DNA of 64,000 nucleotides from Pelagomonas calceolata (taxonomy: Eukaryota): assembly GCA_918797485.1 (NCBI GenBank), contig CAKKNE010000001.1:2976001-3040000 (forward strand), written 5' to 3'. Shown piece after piece: positions 1 to 9,967 of the stretch. Below the pieces are notes generated by a model. It saw nothing but the letters and a program-made list of their open reading frames with translations, was not told the DNA's origin and did no database searches. The position numbers were made by a program, and so were the translations under genes. Every line of letters begins with the position of its first letter. Position 1 is the stretch's first letter.

Positions 1-2
1 TC

Positions 3-137
3 ACGTCGAACATCACGGGCACGTCGCCCAAGGACGTCGTGGACCTGCTGCTGATCACGCAGTACTTCGACATGCTCCGCGACATCGGGTCGCGGCCCGA
101 GTGCTCCACGGTCTACATCCCCGAGGAGGACGAGTAA
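3..137 (+). CDS. 3' end of SPFH/Band-7 protein, hypersensitive-induced-response (HIR)-like (partial, runs in from the left edge)
   Basis: Frame 3 reads TSNITGTSPKDVVDLLLITQYFDMLRDIGSRPECSTVYIPEEDE*, matching the HIR C-terminal pattern KDVMD..L.TQYFD..K.IG....S.VFIP. Not in the ORF track. Confidence 0.8.
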   Translation, partial: TSNITGTSPKDVVDLLLITQYFDMLRDIGSRPECSTVYIPEEDE

Positions 138-274
138 TTTTCTCAGTTAAGTTAATCATATCCCGTCGACGGGATAGTTATAGTACGGCGCTCTCCCCAA
201 GGAGGTCGTCACGAGAGACTCCTGAAGGCGGCGGCGGTGTACACAACAGCAGGGACAGGCAGGCGGGCGAAAGA

Positions 275-613
275 CTAGCCGTTGCCGGCGGCGGAGATGC
301 GCGGGATGTCGTTGTGCTCCGTCATTGTCGACAATTTTTCGTTGAGGTCGTCGACGCGCTCGCGGTGCGACTTCGCCGCGCCGCTCGCGGCGGCCTCCTT
401 CCGCCGGGCCACGAGGCGCCGCTTGTGTGCGCGCTCGGTCTCCGTCAGGCCGTCGTCCCGCGCGGCGGCCGCGGGCGCGGCGGCCGCGGCGGGCGCCGCG
501 GGCGCGAGCTCGACGAGCGCGGCCGCGTCGAGGCCGCGCTTCTTGTTTTTCTTCTTCTTGCCGCCCTTGAGCTTCAGGCCGCCGCCGCGGACCACGTTCT
601 TGTAGGCGTCCAT
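275..613 (-). CDS. FAM32A: FAM32A-like small basic nuclear protein (DUF1754)
   Basis: N-terminal Y..V..G.LKLKG KKKK and C-terminal SHRERVDDLNEKLSTMTEHNDIPRIS are typical of FAM32A. Confidence 0.85.
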   Translation of the reverse strand: MDAYKNVVRGGGLKLKGGKKKKNKKRGLDAAALVELAPAAPAAAAAPAAAARDDGLTETERAHKRRLVARRKEAAASGAAKSHRERVDDLNEKLSTMTEHNDIPRISAAGNG

Positions 614-964
614 GTCGCGCGGCGCTTGTGCTTACCCCAAAAGCTCTTTGTAAAGGGCCAGGCGCTCGCGCTCTGAAGGCAATACGACTAGTGTGGGCGA
701 ATCTGCGGCAGACCGAGCTCAGCTTTCGGCCAAGAATCGCTGGCGGCTATAGCCCAAAAACACTCGGGCGCACCCGATAGCGAGAGACACTCTAGACGAT
801 TTTAGGCGGACTTTCCTTTCGAGACCAGTCCTCCCTGGAGTCGTCGTCATCGCCGCCCAAGGGTGTCGTCGGGGGTCGCGGGCGCCGGGCAGGGTTCCAA
901 TTTTGGGCGGGTACCGGGTGGCTGCCGGCGCGCCGCGCACGGGCAGCCCGGCTAGGCAAAAACC

Positions 965-3364
965 ATGTCGGGCAGCTACCGCGTGGTGGACCCGCTGAAC
1001 CGCCTGCGCCTGCGCGTCCGCCTGCGCCTCATCCAGGACGTGCGCCTCGCGGCCAGGGACAAACAAACCCAGGACGACCATGACGCGACGGGCCGCGTCT
1101 ACACCTACGAGCTGCGGTGGCAGGAGCGCGTGCCGGGCCCGCGCCACGCGTTGGGGGAACGAAGCCTCGCGCCCACCAAGAAGAAGAAGAAGGGCAAGGA
1201 CGACGGCGACGACGACGCGAAGGAGCAGGTCCTCGAGCACCTCAAAGAAAGGCAGCACCGCGTCTTCGCCTACGCCGCCGCCGAGGGCTACACCCTGACG
1301 GAGGAGCGGAGTTTGGTGCGGGACGCGACGGGCGCCGCGGCGCCGCTCGTGCCGCACGCGCTCGCGGCGTCGCGCGCGCCGCTACAACACGCGCGCAAGG
1401 CGGGCTTCGGCAAGTCGAAGGAAAGAAAGAAGATGACCGTCGCCGACCGGCGGACGGGCGGCGACCCCGGGACGTGCTACTACATCATGCTGGGCGCGGA
1501 CGTCGACGTCGACGCGTTCGAGGGCTGCGCGAAGCCCGAGGATTCTACGGATGCGGCCCGGGGCTTCGAGGGCGTGCTCTGCAAGCTGGAGCACTTCACG
1601 AACGGGCGGCTCGAGGTGACGCCGGCCTTCGCCGGTCCCGATCCGAGATTCGTGGGCATGGTCTTCGACGGCTCGGACGGCGGCGACGATAAAGATGATT
1701 TTTACGTGGGCAACGGCGCTCCATTACTCACGTCGCGCATCGCCACGCCGGCGGGGCGCGTTTTTGAATACGTCGTCGAGAACGCGTCGGCGCCGACCGA
1801 CGAGGAGCTGGTCCAGCTGCTCGAGGAGGAGCTCAAGGAGGAGGTCCAACGGATGGAGGAGCGCAGGGATAGGGACCCCATCATCCCGCCCCTCGTGCCG
1901 CCTCCTCCCCAATGCAGGGGCTTCGGCGTGTCGATGGAGCTCGTGAGTCTCGTAGGCTTCCCGCCGGGCGTGGAATTATACGCGGAGTACGAGGTCCACC
2001 TGCCGCCGGGCTGGCGCGCCGAGACGCCGCGCGGCGACGACCACGGGCGCACCTGGACGGAGAACGACGAGGGCGGCCTGTGCTGCGCGGGCACGTCCCA
2101 ACTCGCGCGGTCCGTGCTCCGGCCCTGCCGCGCGGCGCACGGGTCGAAGCGGTCCGCCGAGGACCCGAGCGTCGCGCGCCACGCGCGGGGCCCCGACGCG
2201 GCCGAGGCCGTCCTCGCGGCGCTCGGCGCGCTGCTGCTGGTCGCGGCGCTCGCCGCGGGGCCGGGCTACGGCGTCTGGCCCCTCGCGGCCGGCATCCTGG
2301 TCCTCGCGTCCGTCGGCGCGGCGCCGTCGGCCCAGACGTCGCCGCACGAGGCCTGCGAGAGCGTCGCGCACGTCGGCCTGCCCCTCGACTTATACGTGGT
2401 GCCGCCCGAGGACGACTGCGACGCCGGCGACGCGGACGGCGCCGCGGCGCGGCCGTCGCTGCGCGTGCCGCGCTGCTACGTGGCCGTCTTCGCGCGGCGC
2501 CGCTTCGAGCGGCACACCGTCGAGGGCTACGGCCACTTCCGCCTGCCGGCGAAGCCGCAGCCCCTGAGCCGCGAGCGGCTCCAGACCTGGGCGCCCGTCG
2601 GGCGCATCCGCGACCAGCTCCAGGACTTCTTCCTGGGCGGCGCGCACCGGCTCAAGGATCTGAGGTACGCCGCGCACCCGCCCGACGAGTGGGGCGCGCA
2701 CCCCGACCGCCCGCCGAAGGACTCGGGCTTCCTCTGCAAGTTCGGGTTCATGACGCGCGCGGCGGGCTGTATTGATGTGCGCTGCGGCGCCGTCGAGGCG
2801 CGCCGCCGGCCGGCGCCGGTCGAGGTCCTGTCGAACGACGAGCGCCGCGCGCGCTACCTCGGGGGCCGGCCGGCCGCGGCGCGCGACCGCTTCGCCAAGC
2901 TCGACGCCATCCTGGCCGACTACCGGTCGCGGCTCAAGCTCGGCTCGGACTACTCGGCCGACGACTTCGACAAGGACCGCGACCGCTCGGCCGCCGACCG
3001 CGCCGCCGAGCTCATCCGCAAGCTCGAGGCGGAGCGCGCGCGCCAGCGGGCCGACCGCGCGCCGCCGAAGGCGCGCGCCGCCGCGGCCGTCGCCCGGGCC
3101 GGGGCGGCGGCCGCGGCGCCGACGCTGGAACGCGGACAGCTCGCCGCGCCGCGGTCGCCGGCCGACCCCGTCGTCTCCGTCGAGAACCCCGAGGGCGACA
3201 CGATCCTCGACTACTCGAAGCCGGGCGGCGTCGAGGTGACCGCCGGCACCGTCACGCGCCACCGCAGCGGCGAGACCGTCATCGACTTCTCGCGCACCGG
3301 GGCCCGCGCCGCCGCGCCCGACCTCCTCACCGGCGACGGCGCCGAGGAGTCCAAGGCCCCCTGA
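965..3364 (+). CDS. MKS1: MKS1-like B9-domain ciliary transition-zone protein
   Basis: N-terminal YRVVDPLNRLRLRVRL...LRWQE; B9 C-terminal half EGYGHFRLP...TWAPVG..DQLQDFFLGGAHRLKDLRY. Confidence 0.8.
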   Translation: MSGSYRVVDPLNRLRLRVRLRLIQDVRLAARDKQTQDDHDATGRVYTYELRWQERVPGPRHALGERSLAPTKKKKKGKDDGDDDAKEQVLEHLKERQHRVFAYAAAEGYTLTEERSLVRDATGAAAPLVPHALAASRAPLQHARKAGFGKSKERKKMTVADRRTGGDPGTCYYIMLGADVDVDAFEGCAKPEDSTDAARGFEGVLCKLEHFTNGRLEVTPAFAGPDPRFVGMVFDGSDGGDDKDDFYVGNGAPLLTSRIATPAGRVFEYVVENASAPTDEELVQLLEEELKEEVQRMEERRDRDPIIPPLVPPPPQCRGFGVSMELVSLVGFPPGVELYAEYEVHLPPGWRAETPRGDDHGRTWTENDEGGLCCAGTSQLARSVLRPCRAAHGSKRSAEDPSVARHARGPDAAEAVLAALGALLLVAALAAGPGYGVWPLAAGILVLASVGAAPSAQTSPHEACESVAHVGLPLDLYVVPPEDDCDAGDADGAAARPSLRVPRCYVAVFARRRFERHTVEGYGHFRLPAKPQPLSRERLQTWAPVGRIRDQLQDFFLGGAHRLKDLRYAAHPPDEWGAHPDRPPKDSGFLCKFGFMTRAAGCIDVRCGAVEARRRPAPVEVLSNDERRARYLGGRPAAARDRFAKLDAILADYRSRLKLGSDYSADDFDKDRDRSAADRAAELIRKLEAERARQRADRAPPKARAAAAVARAGAAAAAPTLERGQLAAPRSPADPVVSVENPEGDTILDYSKPGGVEVTAGTVTRHRSGETVIDFSRTGARAAAPDLLTGDGAEESKAP

Positions 3365-3495
3365 GGCGCGTAGCATAGTTCCTCCTCGAGATCCCGGGCT
3401 AAGTCCTATCTTTAGGATATGCTTTGATTTTTTTGTTTTTTAATAGTGCACCTTGGTATGTGAAGGAAGGGTCGGGAAGGGGATGGGGATGGGGC

Positions 3496-6400
3496 TCACC
3501 CCTCCTTCTGTGCGAATAATTTCTTCAGGTGCGGCGTCGCGTCGACGGTCGTCTCGTCCTCGGCCGCCGTGACCTCCTCCTCGAGCAGCGAGTCGCCGCC
3601 CTCGTCCTCCGCGACCTTGGCCACGACTCGCTTGCCGAGCGCCGTCGCCACGTCGAACATGTGGAGCTTGGACTCGGCGAAGTTTTTCTCGTCCAGGTAG
3701 CCCTTCCGCACCCGAAGCTTGAGCTTGAGGATCTCGGCCTCGAGCTCGGCGTCGGTCGCGGCGTAGGCCTCGCCGAAGCCCATGGGCTCGTCCAGGACCT
3801 GCATGAAGTCCTTGAGGTCCGCGACGGGGAGCAGCCACGTCGCGTGCTCGTCGAAGCGCGCCCAGTCGTCCACGAAGTTCTCGAGGTCCGCGTCCGACAG
3901 GCCCAGGTCCGCCTCCTCGTCCTCCTCCTCGTAGGCCGATAATATAATACCGACGAAGAGGTTCAGGACGACGCCCGTCACGAGGATGTCGAAGAAGCGG
4001 ATGATGAACTCGGCCCAGAGCCGGTCGCCGCAGCCGTTCAGCGGCACGCAGCAGTCCTTGTAGGACTCGAAGGCCTGGCACGTCTCCTTGCTCGCCCAGC
4101 CGACGCCGCCGTTCATCGACCCGCGCTTGTAGCCGAAGGCGTCGTCGTAATTGGAGTTGTCGGCCTCGCCCGCGCAGGGGCATTGGGGCCGGTCACCGCC
4201 GTCTCCCCTTGTACACCACTTCTCCTCCCAGTAGCCGCCGCCGGACTCGAACATGGTGCCCGGCTCGGCCGCGTACATCTTCGTCCGGATCTGCGCGAAC
4301 TTCTTCTTCGACCAGCAGCCCGAGCCCTCGCGCCAGTTCGCGTTCAGGTCGTGCATGTAGCCGTTCCAGTTCTCGCCCGTCGTGAACTTGACGAGCGTGA
4401 GGATCGCCACGGGCACGTGCTGGAAGTTCGAGATCTGGTGCACGTCGCCGGCGTAGCCCACGTGCGCGAACTGCTCGACGAGCAGGATCGCGAAGATGAG
4501 GACGAAGATCATCAGTACCAGTCCGACGTTCATCATCTGGGGGAGCGCGTTGAGCAACGTGTTGACGAGCTTCTTCATCTCCAGCCACGACTTCATGACC
4601 CGGAAGATGCGCGCGATGCGGAAGAGGCGCACGATCGAGACGACGCCGCCCACGTCCGTCGACGACACGTTCGGGTCGCTGACGATGTACCCGGCGAACG
4701 TGCCGATCACGATGATGAAGTCGAAGCGGTTCCAGCCCTCGCACCAGTACTGCGTCCAGCCGATGCCGCCGACCTTGAGCACCGCCTCGACGCCGAAGAT
4801 GATCGCGAAGAGCAGGTTGAGCCACTCAAGCAGCGCGACGTAGCCCGTCGGCGCGCCGTAGTAGTCGATGGCCATGACCACGCCGTTCGAAATGATGCAC
4901 CCCATGATGAAGCCCTCGAAGAGCGCCTTGTTCTCGCTCTCCACGACCCTGAAGAAGGCCGGCAGCGGGCCGACGCGCGTCTTCTTCTTGGGCTTGACCT
5001 GCTGCATGATGAAGGCCTGGGTCTTGACCCACTGCTCCTGGGACGCCGTCATGAGGGCCCCGGACCGGCCCTCCTGCTCGGCCTGCTCCTTGAGGGTCGC
5101 GAACTGTTCTATAATAATCCCGACGAACAGCTGCATCGCGAAGAAGCCCCCGATGAACTGGAACATGACGTGGAAGAAGAAGGAGTAGAAGCGCGGGAAG
5201 CCCCGGTCACTCTCGTCGCCGCCGTGGTCCGAGGCGCCGGGGCCCGATAGTTGGACGCCCGTCGACGACCGCCCGGCGGCCCGGCCTAATTTCGTGCCCG
5301 TGGACATGGGCTGCATCTCGACGCCGTTCTTGTCGGCATTATAATACATGTAGTCCAGCCACCCTTCCGTACTGTAGATCTCGACGAGTAATCTAAACGC
5401 GTCCCACGTGTTGTCGAACGTCATGTAGTAGCCGCCGTCGCCCATCCAGGCGGACTCCTCCTGGAAGAGGCACCGGCACATGTCCTTCGAGGTGGGGACG
5501 AAGTCGTCCAGGTTGCCGTCCTTCGCGAGCGCCGCGTCGAGCGCGGCGACGCCGAGCGGATGCGACTCGAAGTGGTCCCGCACGGCCTTGCTGTAGCCCG
5601 GCTTCGGCGCCGCGACGGTCTCGTCGAAGTCGCCGCCGATCAGCGCCGGCCGGCCCCCGTTCTCCCAGTCCGCGACGACCTTGCTCACGACGCGGGTCTT
5701 CGGGTTGAAGTACGACTTCTTCTCGATCCAGTCCTCGTCCCAGGTCACCCAGCACTGCGTGTTCGGCTCGCCCAGGTCGTTGATCGCGTAGTCGTTCACG
5801 AGGCCGAAGACGTCGTGCTCGACCGCGTCCCTGAGCGAGATCGGGTGCGCCACGAGGCTCGCCTGCCAGGCCTCGGCCTCCTCCAGATCGCAGGCGCCCA
5901 TGGTGCCCTTGAAGAAGCCCTGGCCCAGGATGGCGAAGATGACCATGATGAGCACGCAGACGATCATGACGTTGAACGCGCCGGGGATCGCGCAAATCAA
6001 CGAATTGAGCACGAGCTTCAGGCCCGGGTAGCGCGTCATCATGCGCAGCGGCCGGAACACGCGGGCCACCCTCAGCACCCGGAACACCTTCACGTCGAAG
6101 GGCAGCGCGTCGCCCGCGACGTCGCCGATCAGCATGAGGATGCTCACCACCACAATTACGAAGTCCAGGATGTTCCAGTTGTCCCGCAGGTAACTCCCGG
6201 GGCCGTTGAGCAGGAACCCGAAGGCCACGACCTTGGCGACGCACTCGACCAGGAAGATGAGCGCGAAGACGTAGTCCAGCACCTTGAAGAACGTCACGAT
6301 GCCCATGTTCGGGTCCATGAGCGGCGTCTGGCAGGCCATCGTCAGCGCCCCGACGAGGATGCACGTGATGATGACCTTGTCGAAGGTCGGGTTCGCGGCG

Positions 6401-9372
6401 AGCGTCGCGCACGCTTTTCTGAACGGACTCTCCGGCGCGAAGACGAAGAGGCTCGCGTCCCGCCGGGGCGCGGCCTCCGTCGTCGGCGTCGCGGGCGCCT
6501 CGTCGGCCGTGTCCTTCTTGCCCTTCTTGAACGCGGCCGTCACGCTCAGCATCGTCTTCATGCGCACGAAGGGCGAGGGCCCGTCGCTCGCCGAGAGCTC
6601 CTCGTTGTCCTCGAAGTTCTTCAGCAGGATGGCCAGGAACATGTTCATCACGAAGAACGCCAGGATCATGATCGTCAGGAGCATGTAGAGCACGCCGCCG
6701 ATCGGGTGCGCGCCCCGCATCAGGTCGTACATGACGGCGTTCCACGACTCGCCCGTCAGGATGCCGAAGATCGCGATCATGCTGATGCAGAAGTCGTCGA
6801 AGGACCCCCAGCCCAGGTCCAGGCCGGGCGCCGCGTCGAGCCAGACCGCCGAGACTTTGGTGGAGTCCCGGCCCGTCTCGCCCCAGCCCGCGTTGACCTT
6901 CATGCGGCCCTCGTGGGCCTCCTTGGCCGCCTTCGTCCCGTAGTCGAAGACGCTGAACGCGATCTTCGCGTCCGTGTTGCCGTCGAACCGCAGCTGGTTC
7001 GCGAAGAACATCATGCCCAGCAGCCCGAAGATGAAGACCATCAGCGACAGGAGGACGAGGAACGGCGCGATCTCCCGCGCCGTCTCGCCCACCGTCGACA
7101 GCAGCACCATCAAGTTCGGCAGGCACGTCTTCAGCACCTTGAGCAGCCGAAACACGCGGAAGCACCGGAACGCGGAGATCGCGCCGCCGCCGAAGCCCGC
7201 CTCGGACCAGGCGCAGAGCATCGTGACGACCGAGATCCAGACGATCGCGCAGTCGAAGTTGTTGAACGGGTCCTCGAAGTAGGACAGGCCCATGGCGACC
7301 CACTTCAGGACCATCTCGACGAGGAAGACCAGGGCCAGCAGGAAGTTCATCATCGACATGGCCTGGGAGTACTCGGGCGGCCGCGGGTAGTCGTCCATGA
7401 TGAGGACGACGGTGTTGACGAGGATGGCCACGTAGATGAAGGCCGTGAAGGCGTCTCCATTGACCACGTCGTAGAGCCGCGCCCGCGGGCCGGTCAGCGT
7501 GTCCCGATATTTCTTCGGCGGGGGCCCGTCGCCCGCGGCCTCCTCGACCTCGCCCCTGGCGTGCTCCTCGGCCGCCAGCTTCGCCTCGATCTCGGCCTCG
7601 ACCTCGGCGTCCTCCTCGTCGTCCAAAGCGCCGACGATGGCGCCGAGCACGAGGTTCAGGATGAGCATCGACCCCACCGCGAACAGCGTCACGAAGAGGA
7701 ACACGGAGATGGCCGGCCAGGCCGCGTCCATCATGTGGTACATGATGATCGTCCAGCCCTCCATGGTCACGGCCTGGAAGAGCGTCACGAACGCCGAGAA
7801 CATGTTGTCGAAGTTCGTGTACCCGAAGTTCAGGTCGCCCTCGAACTCGGGGTACAGGGTCTTGAACAGGCCCGTCGAGAAGCGCGACCAGTCGTCCAGC
7901 TGGATGGGCACCGTGTCGCACGTGCTCGACTTGCCGTCGGCGGACGCGGACGTGCCGCTCGCCATCGGGTCGCACTGGGCCAGGTACACGGCCTTGCCCA
8001 CGAGCGGCGCCTTCTCGAAGCGCACCTGGCCGAAGGGGTCGTAGTTCGAGCCGCAGTACGTGCCCTTTCCCCCCATCGCCTCCTGGTCCTCGCGGTTGTA
8101 GCACTTGTGCATGCCGCCCATGCCGAAGATCTCGTTGGACCGCGACGCGCAGGGCCGCACGTCGTCCTGGTTCACGAGCCACAGGCACCTCTTGGGCTTC
8201 GACCAGTACTTGGCCGCCGCCGGGTCCGCGGCGCCGAGGCCCGTGCCGCCGTCGTCGTAGTTCTTGTAGTGGTCCGTGGAGTACGTGTCCTCGACGGGCA
8301 GCCCGGCCGGTCCCGGGAAGTCCACGTCGTCGGTGCAGGCCCACGTGTTCACGTTGAGGAGCGCGGGGTCCGTGTCCGAGGCGGGCCAGCCGAAGGTTGC
8401 CCCCGCCGCGAGGAGGGCGTCGATCTCTGCATTCGTAATAATTTTTGGTGGCGTCGTGGTGGCGTCGTGGTCGGCGACCGCGATGGCCTGCATGAGCGCC
8501 GCGTACGTCTCGAACTCCACGTCCTCGCCGTCGTCGTCCAAATGCGGGTAGTACTCCTTCTTGATGCAGGGGACGGCGGCCCGGCCGCGGTTGTCGTTGT
8601 TCGGGCACCCGGGAAACCCCGTCCGTTCCCAGTTCTTAGGGTTCTCGTACCACGTGGCGGGCACCCGCGTCGGGTACGGCGTGAGGCGGCAGCGGTAGTG
8701 CATCGCGCCCTTGAAGAACTGCATGCACGCGATCGAAATGACGAAGAGCAGGAAGCACAGCATGACCATGGTCACGAAGAGCGGCTCGATACTCGTCGTG
8801 AAGGCCACCACGATCTTCTTGAGCGCCGGGAACTTGTTGACCGATTTTAATGGTCGGAGTAACCGTAGTGCCTTGATGCCCATCAACCCGCCCACGTTCA
8901 GGCCCATCTGGCCCACGACGTAGGCCAGGACGCAGATGAAGTCGAGCCAGCACCACGCGTCCTTAAAATACGTGTTCTCTCCGCTAAAGAGCCCCATCGC
9001 GACCATCTTGATCACCATCTCGATGATGAACACGATCCCGAAGACCCAGCGGTTCGTAAAGTCGCCGAACGTGTTCTGCCAGCACCGCGACGGGTCCGGC
9101 TGGCCGAACGTCGCGCCTTGCTTGTCGTTCCGCCCCAGACACTTCACGCGGTAGTCGCTCATGGCCATCACGATACTGTTGGTGATGATGAAGAACATGA
9201 TGACCGCATCGAAGGTCCTACTCCGCATCACCGCGATGCACCACTTCCGCAACGGATGGCTCCGCTTCATGAAGCCGCACGACGTCCGCGCGAGCGCGGG
9301 GTACTTGGCGTCCTCCTTCTCATACTCCAGGAACTCCTGGATGCCGCCCTCGGGCGCGACCTTCGACGCCAT
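3496..9372 (-). CDS. Four-domain voltage-gated Ca2+ channel alpha subunit (EEEE filter), intronless
   Basis: Four 6-TM repeats with S4 segments (KALRLLRPLK; RCFRVFRLLK; KVFRVLRVARVFRPLR; RLFRIARIFR), pore motifs TMEGW, TGESW, STEGW and TGENW, and an EF-hand-like C-terminus (FVDDWARFD). Confidence 0.95.
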   Translation of the reverse strand: MASKVAPEGGIQEFLEYEKEDAKYPALARTSCGFMKRSHPLRKWCIAVMRSRTFDAVIMFFIITNSIVMAMSDYRVKCLGRNDKQGATFGQPDPSRCWQNTFGDFTNRWVFGIVFIIEMVIKMVAMGLFSGENTYFKDAWCWLDFICVLAYVVGQMGLNVGGLMGIKALRLLRPLKSVNKFPALKKIVVAFTTSIEPLFVTMVMLCFLLFVISIACMQFFKGAMHYRCRLTPYPTRVPATWYENPKNWERTGFPGCPNNDNRGRAAVPCIKKEYYPHLDDDGEDVEFETYAALMQAIAVADHDATTTPPKIITNAEIDALLAAGATFGWPASDTDPALLNVNTWACTDDVDFPGPAGLPVEDTYSTDHYKNYDDGGTGLGAADPAAAKYWSKPKRCLWLVNQDDVRPCASRSNEIFGMGGMHKCYNREDQEAMGGKGTYCGSNYDPFGQVRFEKAPLVGKAVYLAQCDPMASGTSASADGKSSTCDTVPIQLDDWSRFSTGLFKTLYPEFEGDLNFGYTNFDNMFSAFVTLFQAVTMEGWTIIMYHMMDAAWPAISVFLFVTLFAVGSMLILNLVLGAIVGALDDEEDAEVEAEIEAKLAAEEHARGEVEEAAGDGPPPKKYRDTLTGPRARLYDVVNGDAFTAFIYVAILVNTVVLIMDDYPRPPEYSQAMSMMNFLLALVFLVEMVLKWVAMGLSYFEDPFNNFDCAIVWISVVTMLCAWSEAGFGGGAISAFRCFRVFRLLKVLKTCLPNLMVLLSTVGETAREIAPFLVLLSLMVFIFGLLGMMFFANQLRFDGNTDAKIAFSVFDYGTKAAKEAHEGRMKVNAGWGETGRDSTKVSAVWLDAAPGLDLGWGSFDDFCISMIAIFGILTGESWNAVMYDLMRGAHPIGGVLYMLLTIMILAFFVMNMFLAILLKNFEDNEELSASDGPSPFVRMKTMLSVTAAFKKGKKDTADEAPATPTTEAAPRRDASLFVFAPESPFRKACATLAANPTFDKVIITCILVGALTMACQTPLMDPNMGIVTFFKVLDYVFALIFLVECVAKVVAFGFLLNGPGSYLRDNWNILDFVIVVVSILMLIGDVAGDALPFDVKVFRVLRVARVFRPLRMMTRYPGLKLVLNSLICAIPGAFNVMIVCVLIMVIFAILGQGFFKGTMGACDLEEAEAWQASLVAHPISLRDAVEHDVFGLVNDYAINDLGEPNTQCWVTWDEDWIEKKSYFNPKTRVVSKVVADWENGGRPALIGGDFDETVAAPKPGYSKAVRDHFESHPLGVAALDAALAKDGNLDDFVPTSKDMCRCLFQEESAWMGDGGYYMTFDNTWDAFRLLVEIYSTEGWLDYMYYNADKNGVEMQPMSTGTKLGRAAGRSSTGVQLSGPGASDHGGDESDRGFPRFYSFFFHVMFQFIGGFFAMQLFVGIIIEQFATLKEQAEQEGRSGALMTASQEQWVKTQAFIMQQVKPKKKTRVGPLPAFFRVVESENKALFEGFIMGCIISNGVVMAIDYYGAPTGYVALLEWLNLLFAIIFGVEAVLKVGGIGWTQYWCEGWNRFDFIIVIGTFAGYIVSDPNVSSTDVGGVVSIVRLFRIARIFRVMKSWLEMKKLVNTLLNALPQMMNVGLVLMIFVLIFAILLVEQFAHVGYAGDVHQISNFQHVPVAILTLVKFTTGENWNGYMHDLNANWREGSGCWSKKKFAQIRTKMYAAEPGTMFESGGGYWEEKWCTRGDGGDRPQCPCAGEADNSNYDDAFGYKRGSMNGGVGWASKETCQAFESYKDCCVPLNGCGDRLWAEFIIRFFDILVTGVVLNLFVGIILSAYEEEDEEADLGLSDADLENFVDDWARFDEHATWLLPVADLKDFMQVLDEPMGFGEAYAATDAELEAEILKLKLRVRKGYLDEKNFAESKLHMFDVATALGKRVVAKVAEDEGGDSLLEEEVTAAEDETTVDATPHLKKLFAQKEG

Positions 9373-9719
9373 GGTCGCCGCGTCCTAGCGCCGCGCCGCG
9401 GAGCCGCACAACGCTTCCGCTTCCGGGCTTAGGCTTGGTTGCCTGGCGCCAGCGCTGCTGCGCGACGCGTGCTTGCCGGAACGTTGGCCTTCTCTCTCTG
9501 GCGGCAAGCGGGGCAGCCTCCTCGCGCACCGGTGGGCTGTCCCGGCTTTCACGGCTCGAGCCGGTGGTCGATATTGCCGGGGGCGTTACTGTATTTCCCT
9601 AGTGGGCGGCCGTCTTATGCCGCCCCCCGGCAGAGCTCGTGGCGCACGCCTCGGACAGCTCCCGGACGCATGGCGACGGGTGCGAGTCCGCTCCGTCGGC
9701 CGCTCTTGGGCAGCCCTCA

Positions 9720-9920
9720 GTGAGAGCGCCGCGAAGTGCCATTGGGAGCTCGCGTTCCGACGCGACCAGACCGTGTTGCGAGCGCCCGGGGGCGCCGGCG
9801 GCACTCTTGCGAGCGCCCGGGGCAGCCGGCGAATCTGTTCCGTCGGCCGCGGGGGGCAGACCAAGTGAGAGCGCAGCGAAGTGCCCACTGGGAGCTTACG
9901 TTCGACGCGAACAGACAGCC
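9720..9920. repeat. Imperfect direct repeats in the divergent intergenic region between the channel and the IQ gene
   Basis: gtgagagcgc(c/a)gcgaagtgcc..tgggagct..cgtt.cgacgcga.cagac at ~9720 and ~9865; ttgcgagcgcccgggg twice at ~9776 and ~9807. Confidence 0.65.
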
Positions 9921-9967
9921 GGAGGCACTCATATCACCTCTGGTGGCGCGTTCAGGGACAGAGAGCC

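Noticed and set aside
5393..8850. 1071-aa and 1096-aa ORFs overlapping the channel gene
   Set aside because: Off-frame and antisense shadows produced by extreme GC3 bias; Arg/Gly/Ala-rich with no motifs. The same applies to most overlapping ORFs in the track.
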